32,000 nucleotides of DNA from Candidatus Nanopusillus sp. (GTDB lineage: Archaea; Nanobdellota; Nanobdellia; Nanobdellales; Nanobdellaceae). The stretch is taken from positions 1 to 32,000 of the forward strand of contig JAPWTZ010000002.1 in the NCBI GenBank assembly GCA_028275775.1. The letters are read 5' to 3'. The translations under genes and the position numbers were made by a program. The notes beneath the pieces were generated by a model. That model was not told the origin of the DNA and did no database searches. It saw only the letters and a list, made by a program, of their open reading frames with translations. Shown in pieces: positions 6,767 through 14,876 of this stretch (its first letter is position 1; every line of letters starts with the position of its first letter).

Positions 6767-8548
6767 ATGAATAACATTTATGATTTTATCGATGATGTTA
6801 TAGATGTAATAAGAAAAAAGATTGAAATAAAGAAAAAATTAAATGAAGAAAATGAAAAAATAAACATTATAGAAAGTACACATAAAGAATATCAACCAAT
6901 TTATATACCATTAAGTAATAAATATGAAGAAAGAAAAAAGAAAAAAAGAAATAAAAAAGTTCATAATATAAGTTTAATTAGCATACCTTTAGAAAATAAA
7001 AAAATTACTGAAAAAGATAAACTTAGGTTTTTTGTGGAATTATATGGAAGAAATGAAAATGTAAATCAATTTAGATATCCATTAACAAAGATGAATATTC
7101 TTGGTAAAGAATATATATTTGCATATGCTGATATATCCTGGGATAATGAATATGGAGAACTTGTATATCATGTAATAGAACCAAGTATAGATGAGAATGA
7201 TAGGAGAATTATAAATGAAATAATTGATGATTTAACTAGAACATCAGAACTTCCTTTAGGAATGGAAAAAAATGAAGAATATATGAGAAATTATATAATA
7301 AAACAATCTTTAAATATAATAAAGGAAAAGGGATATAAAGTAGATGTAAATAAATTGCCATACATATTATATTACATAATAAGAGATACAATTGGTTATG
7401 GAATAATAGATCCATTGATGAGAGACCCATTAATTGAGGATATATCTTGTACAGGTATAAATTATCCAATATTTATATTTCATAGAAATCCATTAATAGG
7501 TGAAATAAAAACAAATTTACAATTTAATTCTGATGAGGAATTGGATAATTTTGTAATAAAATTATCTGTAAGGACTGGAAGAATTGTATCTGTTGCAAAT
7601 CCTTTATTAGATGCAGCTTTACCTGATGGATCAAGAATCCAGATAACTTTTGGAAAGGATATTTCTAGAAGAGGTTCTTCATTTACAATTAGAAAATTTA
7701 CAGAAGATCCATTTACTCCAATTGATCTATTATTATATGGAACTGCAGACTTTAATATGTTGGCATATTTATGGACATTAGTAGAAGAAGGTAGATCATT
7801 ATTAATATCTGGAGGAACTGCTACAGGTAAAACATCATTTTTAAATGCAATATCTTTATTTATAAAACCTGAGAAAAAGATAGTTTCAATAGAAGATACT
7901 GCAGAATTAAAGTTACCACACCCAAATTGGTTATCAGAGGTTGCAAGACCAGGATATGGTCCAAATAGATATGGTGAAGTTACTATGTTTGATCTATTAA
8001 AAGCTGCTTTGAGGCAAAGACCAGATTATATAATCGTAGGTGAGGTAAGAGGAGAAGAGGCTTATATATTATTCCAAGCAATGGCAACAGGTCATGCTGG
8101 TTTGGGTACTATACATGCAGAAAGTTTTGAAGCATTAATGGATAGATTATTATCCCCTCCAATTAATTTACCTCCATCTTTATTAGAAGTATTGGATGGA
8201 GTTGTATTTCTTAAAAGATTAAGATATCAGGGAAAATATGTAAGAAGAGTAGATAAGATATATGAAATAGTTGGATTTAATAAAGAAAAGAAAGATGTTG
8301 ATAGGATAATATCATTTAGATGGAATCCAAAAGATGATTCTTATATACCAAGTGAAAGTTATGTATTAAATAAAATTGCTGAAATTAGAAATTGGAGTAA
8401 AAGTGATATAGAAACTAACTTTAAATTTAAAATAAGGGTATTAGAATATATGTTAGAAAATAATATAAGAAATTATAGAAAAATTGCAGAAATTATGAAC
8501 TTGTATTATAACAATCCTGATAAATTAATGAGTTTAATAGGATTTTAA
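6767..8548 (+). CDS. type IV filament (archaellum/pilus) assembly ATPase, FlaI(ArlI)/PilB/GspE superfamily
   Basis: Walker A is 'LISGGTATGKTSFLNAI'. Walker B plus the His box is 'RPDYIIVGEVRGEEAYILFQAMATGHAGLGTIHA'. The archaeal-type N-domain 'YPLTKMNILGKEYIFAYADISWDNEYGELVYHVIEPSIDEND' is present. Confidence 0.9.
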   Translation: MNNIYDFIDDVIDVIRKKIEIKKKLNEENEKINIIESTHKEYQPIYIPLSNKYEERKKKKRNKKVHNISLISIPLENKKITEKDKLRFFVELYGRNENVNQFRYPLTKMNILGKEYIFAYADISWDNEYGELVYHVIEPSIDENDRRIINEIIDDLTRTSELPLGMEKNEEYMRNYIIKQSLNIIKEKGYKVDVNKLPYILYYIIRDTIGYGIIDPLMRDPLIEDISCTGINYPIFIFHRNPLIGEIKTNLQFNSDEELDNFVIKLSVRTGRIVSVANPLLDAALPDGSRIQITFGKDISRRGSSFTIRKFTEDPFTPIDLLLYGTADFNMLAYLWTLVEEGRSLLISGGTATGKTSFLNAISLFIKPEKKIVSIEDTAELKLPHPNWLSEVARPGYGPNRYGEVTMFDLLKAALRQRPDYIIVGEVRGEEAYILFQAMATGHAGLGTIHAESFEALMDRLLSPPINLPPSLLEVLDGVVFLKRLRYQGKYVRRVDKIYEIVGFNKEKKDVDRIISFRWNPKDDSYIPSESYVLNKIAEIRNWSKSDIETNFKFKIRVLEYMLENNIRNYRKIAEIMNLYYNNPDKLMSLIGF

Positions 8549-9172
8549 TTCAATAATTTCTATAGGTTTTTTATTATAAAATTTTATTGCATATGTCTTA
8601 TTATATTCTAATTGAATATTTTTTTCTAAATATAATACATTAAAATTATCTGTTAATACTATATAATTATTTTCTTTTTCTTTTAGTAATCTTATATATC
8701 TATATGATATATAATTTTGATTTAAATTTATGTTCTCATCTATTTTTTCTATTAAGTCTATATTGTTTATGAATATAGATAAAACAAAATCATTTAGAAC
8801 AACTCCATTTTTTACTTTTATATTATTATTTTCTTTTAACAAGTTCTCTTTTCTTTTCCATCTATAATCTTTAATTATTAATTTAATTAATCCAGTTTCA
8901 TCTCCAGCTTCTAAAATTATTAAATTATCTTTTTTTATTAATATTTTATTTATCTTTAATTTTATTTCTTTTACTTTTAATCCTGGATATAAATTTTTTA
9001 CTTTTATATTATATAAATCTTCTAATTTCAATCCTCTTTCTTTTAATATTAATAATATAGCTGTTTCTTCATCGATTAAATTTTTATATTGTTTTATTTT
9101 TTCATTTATTAATTCTTGCAATTTTGTTTTTGATATACCCAAAATAGATGAAACATAATTCTTATCTATCAT
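8534..9172 (-). CDS. RPA-like OB-fold ssDNA-binding protein (putative)
   Basis: The N-terminus 'ISKTKLQELINEKIKQYKNLIDEETAILLILKERGLK' resembles the leader of archaeal RPAs. It is followed by 'IKVKNLYPGLKVKEIKLKINKI...LEAGDETGLIKLII' (the OB-fold 'DeTG' pattern) and 'IKVKNGVV'. Confidence 0.5.
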   Translation of the reverse strand: MIDKNYVSSILGISKTKLQELINEKIKQYKNLIDEETAILLILKERGLKLEDLYNIKVKNLYPGLKVKEIKLKINKILIKKDNLIILEAGDETGLIKLIIKDYRWKRKENLLKENNNIKVKNGVVLNDFVLSIFINNIDLIEKIDENINLNQNYISYRYIRLLKEKENNYIVLTDNFNVLYLEKNIQLEYNKTYAIKFYNKKPIEIIELKSY

Positions 9173-9202
9173 AAATAATATTTAGTAATAAAAAATAAAT
9201 CT

Positions 9203-9619
9203 TTATTTAATTTCACAACCTGGTATACAATCTGGAGGTGTACAAGGAGAACAGCCAGATCCTTTAAGGTTTATACAGTAATTTGAACCAAGTCCACATA
9301 CAACCTGAGAGCCATTATATAAAGTAAATGAATATGGAGAATAAATACTGCAATTTGAAAGTACATATTGAGAATTTGCTAGCATTTGTAGTTGAGCGTT
9401 TGGATCGGTAGAAGTTCCTATTTGGGTTTCTATTGTTGTCCCATATTCTGAACATTGTGCACTTTGTGTTTGATTAGAGGATGGACCTAGCGGATTAGTT
9501 GCTGAAACAAATTTTCCAATTCCGCCAGTAAATATTAATATAAGAAATACCAATACAACTATTGCAATAATTGCTAAAATTATAGTATTTAAAGGTAGAC
9601 TCTGAGCTCTTTTTACCAT
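9203..9619 (-). CDS. class III (prepilin-type) signal peptide protein, Cys-rich putative pilin/adhesin
   Basis: 'MVKRA|QSLPLNTIILAIIAIVVLVFLILIF' fits the archaeal prepilin peptidase motif [KR][GA][Q..][S..] followed by a hydrophobic helix. The mature part has 8 Cys, including the C-terminal 'GSGCSPCTPPDCIPGCEIK', and 3 sequons. Confidence 0.6.
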   Translation of the reverse strand: MVKRAQSLPLNTIILAIIAIVVLVFLILIFTGGIGKFVSATNPLGPSSNQTQSAQCSEYGTTIETQIGTSTDPNAQLQMLANSQYVLSNCSIYSPYSFTLYNGSQVVCGLGSNYCINLKGSGCSPCTPPDCIPGCEIK

Positions 9620-9675
9620 TTTAAATATAAATTTTTTTATAAATATAAACTTTTCTACATATTTATATAATTGTT
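9620..9675. promoter_or_regulatory. divergent promoter spacer between the pilin-like gene and the mre11 operon
   Basis: The 56-bp spacer contains 'TTTTTATAAATAT' (about 9635-9647). This lies about 23 nt from the minus-strand start at 9619 and about 35 nt from the plus-strand ATG at 9676. Confidence 0.3.
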
Positions 9676-10140
9676 ATGAAGATTTCTTTTGTACTATTAA
9701 GGGTAAATATACATGAATGGGATGATAAAAACAAAATATCAAATGTAATTGATTTATTATTAAAAGATATTGATAGAAAAAAGATAGAGATAAATAATTA
9801 TAAAGACAAAGGATTAATAAGTAATATAATTGAAGCATATGAAATAAAAATTAATAATAAAAATAGCATAGATATATTTTTTAGAAATTTAATTTCTTTA
9901 GGATTAAAATTTGAAGATATAAAAAATAATTGTAATTTTGATGAGAATTATAATATTTATTTAAGAATTGATAAGAATGAATTGACATTAAATAAAATTA
10001 TTAAATTACATTATACAGAAGATTCTTTTTTATTAAAAATAAGTTTTGATTATTATAAAAAGGATAAGGAAATAGTTTTAAATTATTTAAAAGAATATCT
10101 GGAAAATATAAATAAAAAATTTTTATACAATAATATTTAA
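9676..10140 (+). CDS. hypothetical protein (154 aa), first gene of the mre11-rad50 operon
   Basis: Intact ORF whose stop overlaps the mre11 start (TAATG). No motif recognised. Confidence 0.4.
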   Translation: MKISFVLLRVNIHEWDDKNKISNVIDLLLKDIDRKKIEINNYKDKGLISNIIEAYEIKINNKNSIDIFFRNLISLGLKFEDIKNNCNFDENYNIYLRIDKNELTLNKIIKLHYTEDSFLLKISFDYYKKDKEIVLNYLKEYLENINKKFLYNNI

Positions 10141-11279
10141 TGAAATTTGTTCATGTTTCTGATACCCATTTAGGATGTCAAATTCCAATAGAATATGGTG
10201 AGATTAGAAAATATGATTTTTTAAATTCGTTTAAACAGGTTATAGAATTTGCAATTAAAGAAAAAGTTGACTTTATAATTCATTCTGGAGATTTTTTTGA
10301 TGATTATTTTAGAATAGATTCAAAATATTTATTGGAAATATTAGATATATTATTTAAATTAAAGGATAATAAAATACCATTAATATTTATTAAAGGAAAT
10401 CATGATACAAAAGGGCAAAGACAAAATATTTTAGAAATATTGAAAAAATTGGATTTAATATATGAGGCAAATATAAAAGAACCATTTATATATAAAGATA
10501 TATATATTTATGGAATATCTGAACCATCAAATTTATCATATGAGCAATTAAGAATATATTATAAAAAGAATCTATCAAATTTGAAATTTGAAAATAATGG
10601 TTATACTATATTTATGTTTCATGGTGCAGTAAATATATTTCCGGAAAATATTTTGGAAAGCTATAGTAAAGAGCCAAGGATTTTATCTTTAGAAGATCTT
10701 CCTAAAGCAGATTATTATGCATTTGGACATTTTCATAAAAAACACTTAGAAAAACATGATAATATAATCTTTGCTTTACCAGGTTCTACTGAAAGGACTG
10801 AAATATCAAAAGATGAAGAAAATATAAAGAAAGGATTTTTTTATGTAAAAGATGATAATATAGAATTTAAAGAATTAAATGTTAGGCCAATATATATTTA
10901 TGAAGATATAATAAATAATGATGATGGATTAAATAAATTAAAGAGTGATATTTATAATAAATCTAAAGAAACAATTATAAAAATTAAAGTTAGATATAAA
11001 AAAGATTATTATATTAATATAAAAAATCTATTGGAAAATTTAATAGAATCGGGATATTTAATTTTAGATGATTCTTATTCTTTAGATGAAGAAATAAAAT
11101 TAAATAATGAAGTAGTTACAATAGATAGTATAATGGATAATTCTCTTTTTGTAAATGATAAACAAGAAGTAATAAAAATGTTTAATTATATAAAGGAATT
11201 ATTTGATGAAATGTATTCGGGAAGGAATTCAGATTTAGATAGAATAAGGGAAACATTATTTAAACAATTAATAAAATGA
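10140..11279 (+). CDS. mre11: DNA double-strand break repair nuclease Mre11
   Basis: Calcineurin-like phosphoesterase motifs appear in order: 'FVHVSDTHLG', 'IIHSGDFFD', 'FIKGNHD', 'MFHG', 'AFGHFH'. Confidence 0.9.
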   Translation: MKFVHVSDTHLGCQIPIEYGEIRKYDFLNSFKQVIEFAIKEKVDFIIHSGDFFDDYFRIDSKYLLEILDILFKLKDNKIPLIFIKGNHDTKGQRQNILEILKKLDLIYEANIKEPFIYKDIYIYGISEPSNLSYEQLRIYYKKNLSNLKFENNGYTIFMFHGAVNIFPENILESYSKEPRILSLEDLPKADYYAFGHFHKKHLEKHDNIIFALPGSTERTEISKDEENIKKGFFYVKDDNIEFKELNVRPIYIYEDIINNDDGLNKLKSDIYNKSKETIIKIKVRYKKDYYINIKNLLENLIESGYLILDDSYSLDEEIKLNNEVVTIDSIMDNSLFVNDKQEVIKMFNYIKELFDEMYSGRNSDLDRIRETLFKQLIK

Positions 11280-13531
11280 GGATTAATAGAATAAAATTAG
11301 AGAATTTTAAGATACATAAAAATTTAGAGATTAGTTTTGATGAAAAAAATATAATAATAGGAGAAAATGGAGTTGGTAAAACATCTATATTTCATGCAAT
11401 ATTGTTTGGTTTATTTGGAAAAGATTCTTTATCTAGTATAAATATATCAAATATATCATCTTTAATAAGAATTGGTTCATATAATTTAAATGTAGAATTA
11501 GAAATATCTAATGGAAATAATTTATATAAAATAATAAGATCTTCAAATAATAATGGTGAATCTAAAGCAATATTATATGAAGGAAATAAAGTTATAGCCT
11601 CTGGGCCAGATATTGTTAATAAAAAAATAAAGGAAATATTGAATATAAATAGGATTGAGAAATTTACAGATGTATTGTATATAAAACAAGGAGATTTGGG
11701 AAGATATATAAATTTATCTGGAAAAATTGAATTAACAAAATTATTGGAAAAAATATTTGATATAGAATATTATTCTTTAATATTGAAAATAATTGAAGGA
11801 GTAATAAAAGATTTAGAAAAAGAAAAGGAATATGAAGAAAAAGAAAGAAATTTATTATTAAAAGATATAGAATTATATAAAAATATTTTCGGAGATAGTG
11901 ATATTGAAAAATTATTAGAAGAAGTTAATAAATATTTGGAATTAAAGAAAATGAGGGATAATTTATATAAAGATTATTTAGAGCTAAAAACATTGGAAAA
12001 TAGTATAGATTATAACTTATTAACTCAGGAAAACTATTTAAATCAAAAGTTAAAAGAATATGAAGAAAAAGAGAAAGAATTATATGAAAATATATTAAAT
12101 CTTGAATCTGAAAGAAAAAATCTTAAATATGAAAATTATTCAAAAGATTTATTGAATAGTTCTTTAGAATATTTAGAAAGTAGAAAAAAGGAATTGGAAT
12201 ATTTGGAAAATGTTGATGAAAAAGAATTAGAATATAAATTAAAAGAATTAAAGGAAATTTATTCAAATATAGAAAAATATATAGAATATAAAAATATAGA
12301 AAATGAAATAAAAAATATAGAAAATAAAAAGAAAGAATTGGAAAATAATATTATAATTTTAGAAAATAAAATAAAGGAGGAAGAAGAATATTTAAATATA
12401 TTAAATAGAGAAATATCTGAATGTCCAGTATGTAAAAGAGCTTTGGATGAGGATTTACACAAAAAATTACTAAATCAATATAAAGAAAGCTTAGATAAAG
12501 ATAAAGAGAATTTAATTAAATTTAAAAATGAAAAAAATAATTTAGATAAACAATATCAGGAAATAGAAAATAAATATAGGTACTTTTTATATATTCAAGG
12601 AAAAATTAAAGATAAAATAAATTTATCAGATATTGAAAATGAAAAAGCAAGAATTGAAAAAGAAATTAATGAAATAAGTTACAAAATAAATCAAATAAAT
12701 GAATATAAGATAATAAAGGATACAATAAATTATATAAAGAAAAGCGAATTGGATAAAGTAATAGATAATTTGAGAAAAGAATATCAAAACATAAAAAATG
12801 AAATAAACAATATTAGATATTCTTTAATGAAGATAGATAATATGAAAAAGAATTTAGAAAAAATAAAAGATATATATAAAAGAAATAATTTAAGTTCTTT
12901 GAGTGAATTTGAAAACAAATTGAGTGAAATTGATAAAGAAATAAAGAAATATGAAAATTTAAAGCCAGAGTTAATAAAAAATTATAAAGAAAAACTAAAT
13001 ATGTATAATAATATAAATGAGAAATTAAAGAATATAAGTAAAAATATAAATAATTTGAGATCCCTATATAATGTTCTATTAAAATATATAGAAGTTAATA
13101 GAGAAAAACTATCAAAAAATTTAGAAAATGCATTTAGATTCTATTTTAAGAAATTATATAGATATCAAGATATTATAGATGTTGGAATAGATATAAAAGA
13201 AAGTAAAGTAAAAGATGAGAAATTATTTTATATTTATGTAATTAAAAATATTGATGGGAAAAGTATTAAAAAATATATTGATGAAGCTGGATTAAGCGGA
13301 GGACAAATAAAGATATTGGATTTAGCATTGAGATTAGCAATTGCTTCAATACTTAATTTAAACATTAATGTACTATTGTTAGATGAACCTACAGAATCTT
13401 TAGATGAAAATATAAGATTATCTTTAGCCCAATTAATATCAAGTTTGGATAATTATCAAGTAATATTATGTACGCATGATGATTTGTTTAAAGATAATGT
13501 TGAAGGAAAAATAATAGAAATTAAAAGGTAA
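11276..13531 (+). CDS. rad50: DNA double-strand break repair ATPase Rad50
   Basis: Walker A 'IIGENGVGKTSIFHAI', a long coiled coil, the zinc hook 'ECPVCKR' (CPVC at nt 12422-12433), signature 'LSGGQIKILDLALRLA', Walker B 'VLLLDEPTESLD' and H-loop 'LCTHD'. There is an ATGA overlap with mre11. Confidence 0.9.
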   Translation: MRINRIKLENFKIHKNLEISFDEKNIIIGENGVGKTSIFHAILFGLFGKDSLSSINISNISSLIRIGSYNLNVELEISNGNNLYKIIRSSNNNGESKAILYEGNKVIASGPDIVNKKIKEILNINRIEKFTDVLYIKQGDLGRYINLSGKIELTKLLEKIFDIEYYSLILKIIEGVIKDLEKEKEYEEKERNLLLKDIELYKNIFGDSDIEKLLEEVNKYLELKKMRDNLYKDYLELKTLENSIDYNLLTQENYLNQKLKEYEEKEKELYENILNLESERKNLKYENYSKDLLNSSLEYLESRKKELEYLENVDEKELEYKLKELKEIYSNIEKYIEYKNIENEIKNIENKKKELENNIIILENKIKEEEEYLNILNREISECPVCKRALDEDLHKKLLNQYKESLDKDKENLIKFKNEKNNLDKQYQEIENKYRYFLYIQGKIKDKINLSDIENEKARIEKEINEISYKINQINEYKIIKDTINYIKKSELDKVIDNLRKEYQNIKNEINNIRYSLMKIDNMKKNLEKIKDIYKRNNLSSLSEFENKLSEIDKEIKKYENLKPELIKNYKEKLNMYNNINEKLKNISKNINNLRSLYNVLLKYIEVNREKLSKNLENAFRFYFKKLYRYQDIIDVGIDIKESKVKDEKLFYIYVIKNIDGKSIKKYIDEAGLSGGQIKILDLALRLAIASILNLNINVLLLDEPTESLDENIRLSLAQLISSLDNYQVILCTHDDLFKDNVEGKIIEIKR

Positions 13532-13862
13532 TTATTGTATATCCTTGATCTACTAACTTATTAATTTCTTCATATGAAAATATTTTATCTTTATATATTA
13601 ATTTTTCTTCTGGTATATTAAATTTTACCATGCATTTTTCACATGCATATATATTTATATCTAAATTTTTTATATCCCCCAAATGTTTAAATATGATTAA
13701 ATTACATTCTTCATTTTCTTTATTTAATGCTTTAATTCCTTCTAAAGTAAAACAAATTTTTATATCTTCTGCTCCACTCATTTTTAATACCTTTGAAAAT
13801 TCTAAAGCCATTTCTACTGTATTTTTGTCATCTTTTGTTAATAATATTAAATATTTTGCCAT
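13521..13862 (-). CDS. DsrE/DsrF-like family protein (putative)
   Basis: The 113-aa pattern '[10 protein letters not shown]...[28 protein letters not shown]...[15 protein letters not shown]...GYTIITF' matches the DsrE-like fold family layout. Function is unknown. Confidence 0.5.
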   Translation of the reverse strand: MAKYLILLTKDDKNTVEMALEFSKVLKMSGAEDIKICFTLEGIKALNKENEECNLIIFKHLGDIKNLDINIYACEKCMVKFNIPEEKLIYKDKIFSYEEINKLVDQGYTIITF

Positions 13863-13921
13863 TGAAATATAACAATGTTATTATTTATAAATGTTTAAGT
13901 ATTTATTTCAGAATTATTAAT

Positions 13922-14773
13922 ATGATATATAAAGTTAGAACATATATACCAGGATTTGATGAAATATTATATGGAGGGATACCTGAAAGAAATGTAGTAT
14001 TATTAAGTGGAGGACCTGGTACAGGAAAATCTATTTTAGGTAAACAGTTTTTATATAATGGATTAAAGAATAATGAAAATGGAGTATTTGTTGCATTGGA
14101 AGAACATCCAGTAAGTGTAAGAAGAAGTTTTAAGAATTTTGGATGGGATATATCAAAATATGAAGAAGAAGGAAAATTGGCAATCGTAGATGCATTTACT
14201 GGTGGAACTGGAACTGCAGCTCAAAGAGAAAAATATTTAGTGAGAGATTTAGATAATATACATGAACTATTAGATGTTGTAAGACAGGCAATAAAAGATA
14301 CAAATGCTAAAAGGGTTGTTATTGATTCTGTTTCTACATTATATTTAACAAAACCAGCAATGGCAAGATCTATAGTAATGTCATTAAAAAGATTAATTGC
14401 AGGTTTAGGATGTACTGCAATATTTGTTTCTCAAATTTCTGTTGGTGAAAGGGGATTTGGTGGACCTGGAGTTGAACATGCAGTAGATGGAATTGTAAGA
14501 ATGGATTTGGATGAAGTAGATGGAAAATTATATAGATCAATTATTGTATGGAAAATGAGAGATACAAAACATAGTTTATTAAGACATCCAATGGAAATAA
14601 ATGAAAATGGAATAAAAATTGAATGGGATAAATATATTAGAATAGGAATTAATAATGTAAAAATAGATAATATACCTCAAGAAATGATTGAAGAAATAAA
14701 TAAAGCTATGCAAGAAGTTGAGAAATATTCAGAATATAAAAAGACTAATGTTCAAGAATTTGAAGAAGAATAA
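13922..14773 (+). CDS. KaiC-domain / RadA-paralog RecA-superfamily ATPase
   Basis: '[39 protein letters not shown]' (Walker A), '[10 protein letters not shown]' and '[11 protein letters not shown]' (Walker B region). I place the start at ATG 13922. The ORF-track N-terminal extension from 13793 is hydrophobic junk overlapping the divergent gene. Confidence 0.85.
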   Translation: MIYKVRTYIPGFDEILYGGIPERNVVLLSGGPGTGKSILGKQFLYNGLKNNENGVFVALEEHPVSVRRSFKNFGWDISKYEEEGKLAIVDAFTGGTGTAAQREKYLVRDLDNIHELLDVVRQAIKDTNAKRVVIDSVSTLYLTKPAMARSIVMSLKRLIAGLGCTAIFVSQISVGERGFGGPGVEHAVDGIVRMDLDEVDGKLYRSIIVWKMRDTKHSLLRHPMEINENGIKIEWDKYIRIGINNVKIDNIPQEMIEEINKAMQEVEKYSEYKKTNVQEFEEE

Positions 14774-14848
14774 TTAAAGAAGCTGAATATCCTTCTTGAT
14801 TTTTTGATTATATGATTTACTAAGAAAATATATCAAAATATGAAGGCC

Positions 14849-14856
14849 TATATATT
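14849..14856 (+). promoter_or_regulatory. TATA-box-like element (TATATATT) about 25 nt upstream of the ATG at 14877
   Basis: Same spacing as the other candidates. It is preceded by the hairpin AAGAAG-N9-CTTCTT and a T-run that may terminate the KaiC-like gene. Confidence 0.3.
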
Positions 14857-14876
14857 TTAAAGAAATTATTAATACC

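Noticed and set aside
9676-10140. The 154-aa ORF upstream of mre11, considered as a miniaturised NurA.
   Set aside because: It is less than half the NurA size and lacks the N-terminal acidic 'D-G-S'-type catalytic motif pattern. I left it as unknown.
11800-13100. Highly repetitive 'gaaaat/aaagaa/ttagaa' texture in the middle of rad50, considered as a tandem repeat or CRISPR-like array.
   Set aside because: It stays in frame and encodes the Lys/Glu/Asn/Ile coiled coil of Rad50. There is no regular repeat-spacer periodicity.
13922-14773. The KaiC-like ATPase, considered as the archaellum component FlaH/ArlH belonging to the filament cluster.
   Set aside because: It is 5 kb from the FlaI-like gene and at 284 aa is longer than FlaH. 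It has the 'ALEEHP' and canonical Walker B features of KaiC/RadA-paralog proteins. A repair or signalling role next to rad50 is more likely, although FlaH cannot be excluded without a phylogeny.
14774-14876. The spacer after the KaiC-like gene, with hairpin AAGAAG-N9-CTTCTT and 'CTGA'/'TGAT' strings, considered as an sRNA.
   Set aside because: The short hairpin followed by a T-run is more simply a terminator-like element plus the promoter of the TauE gene. No complete box motifs are present.
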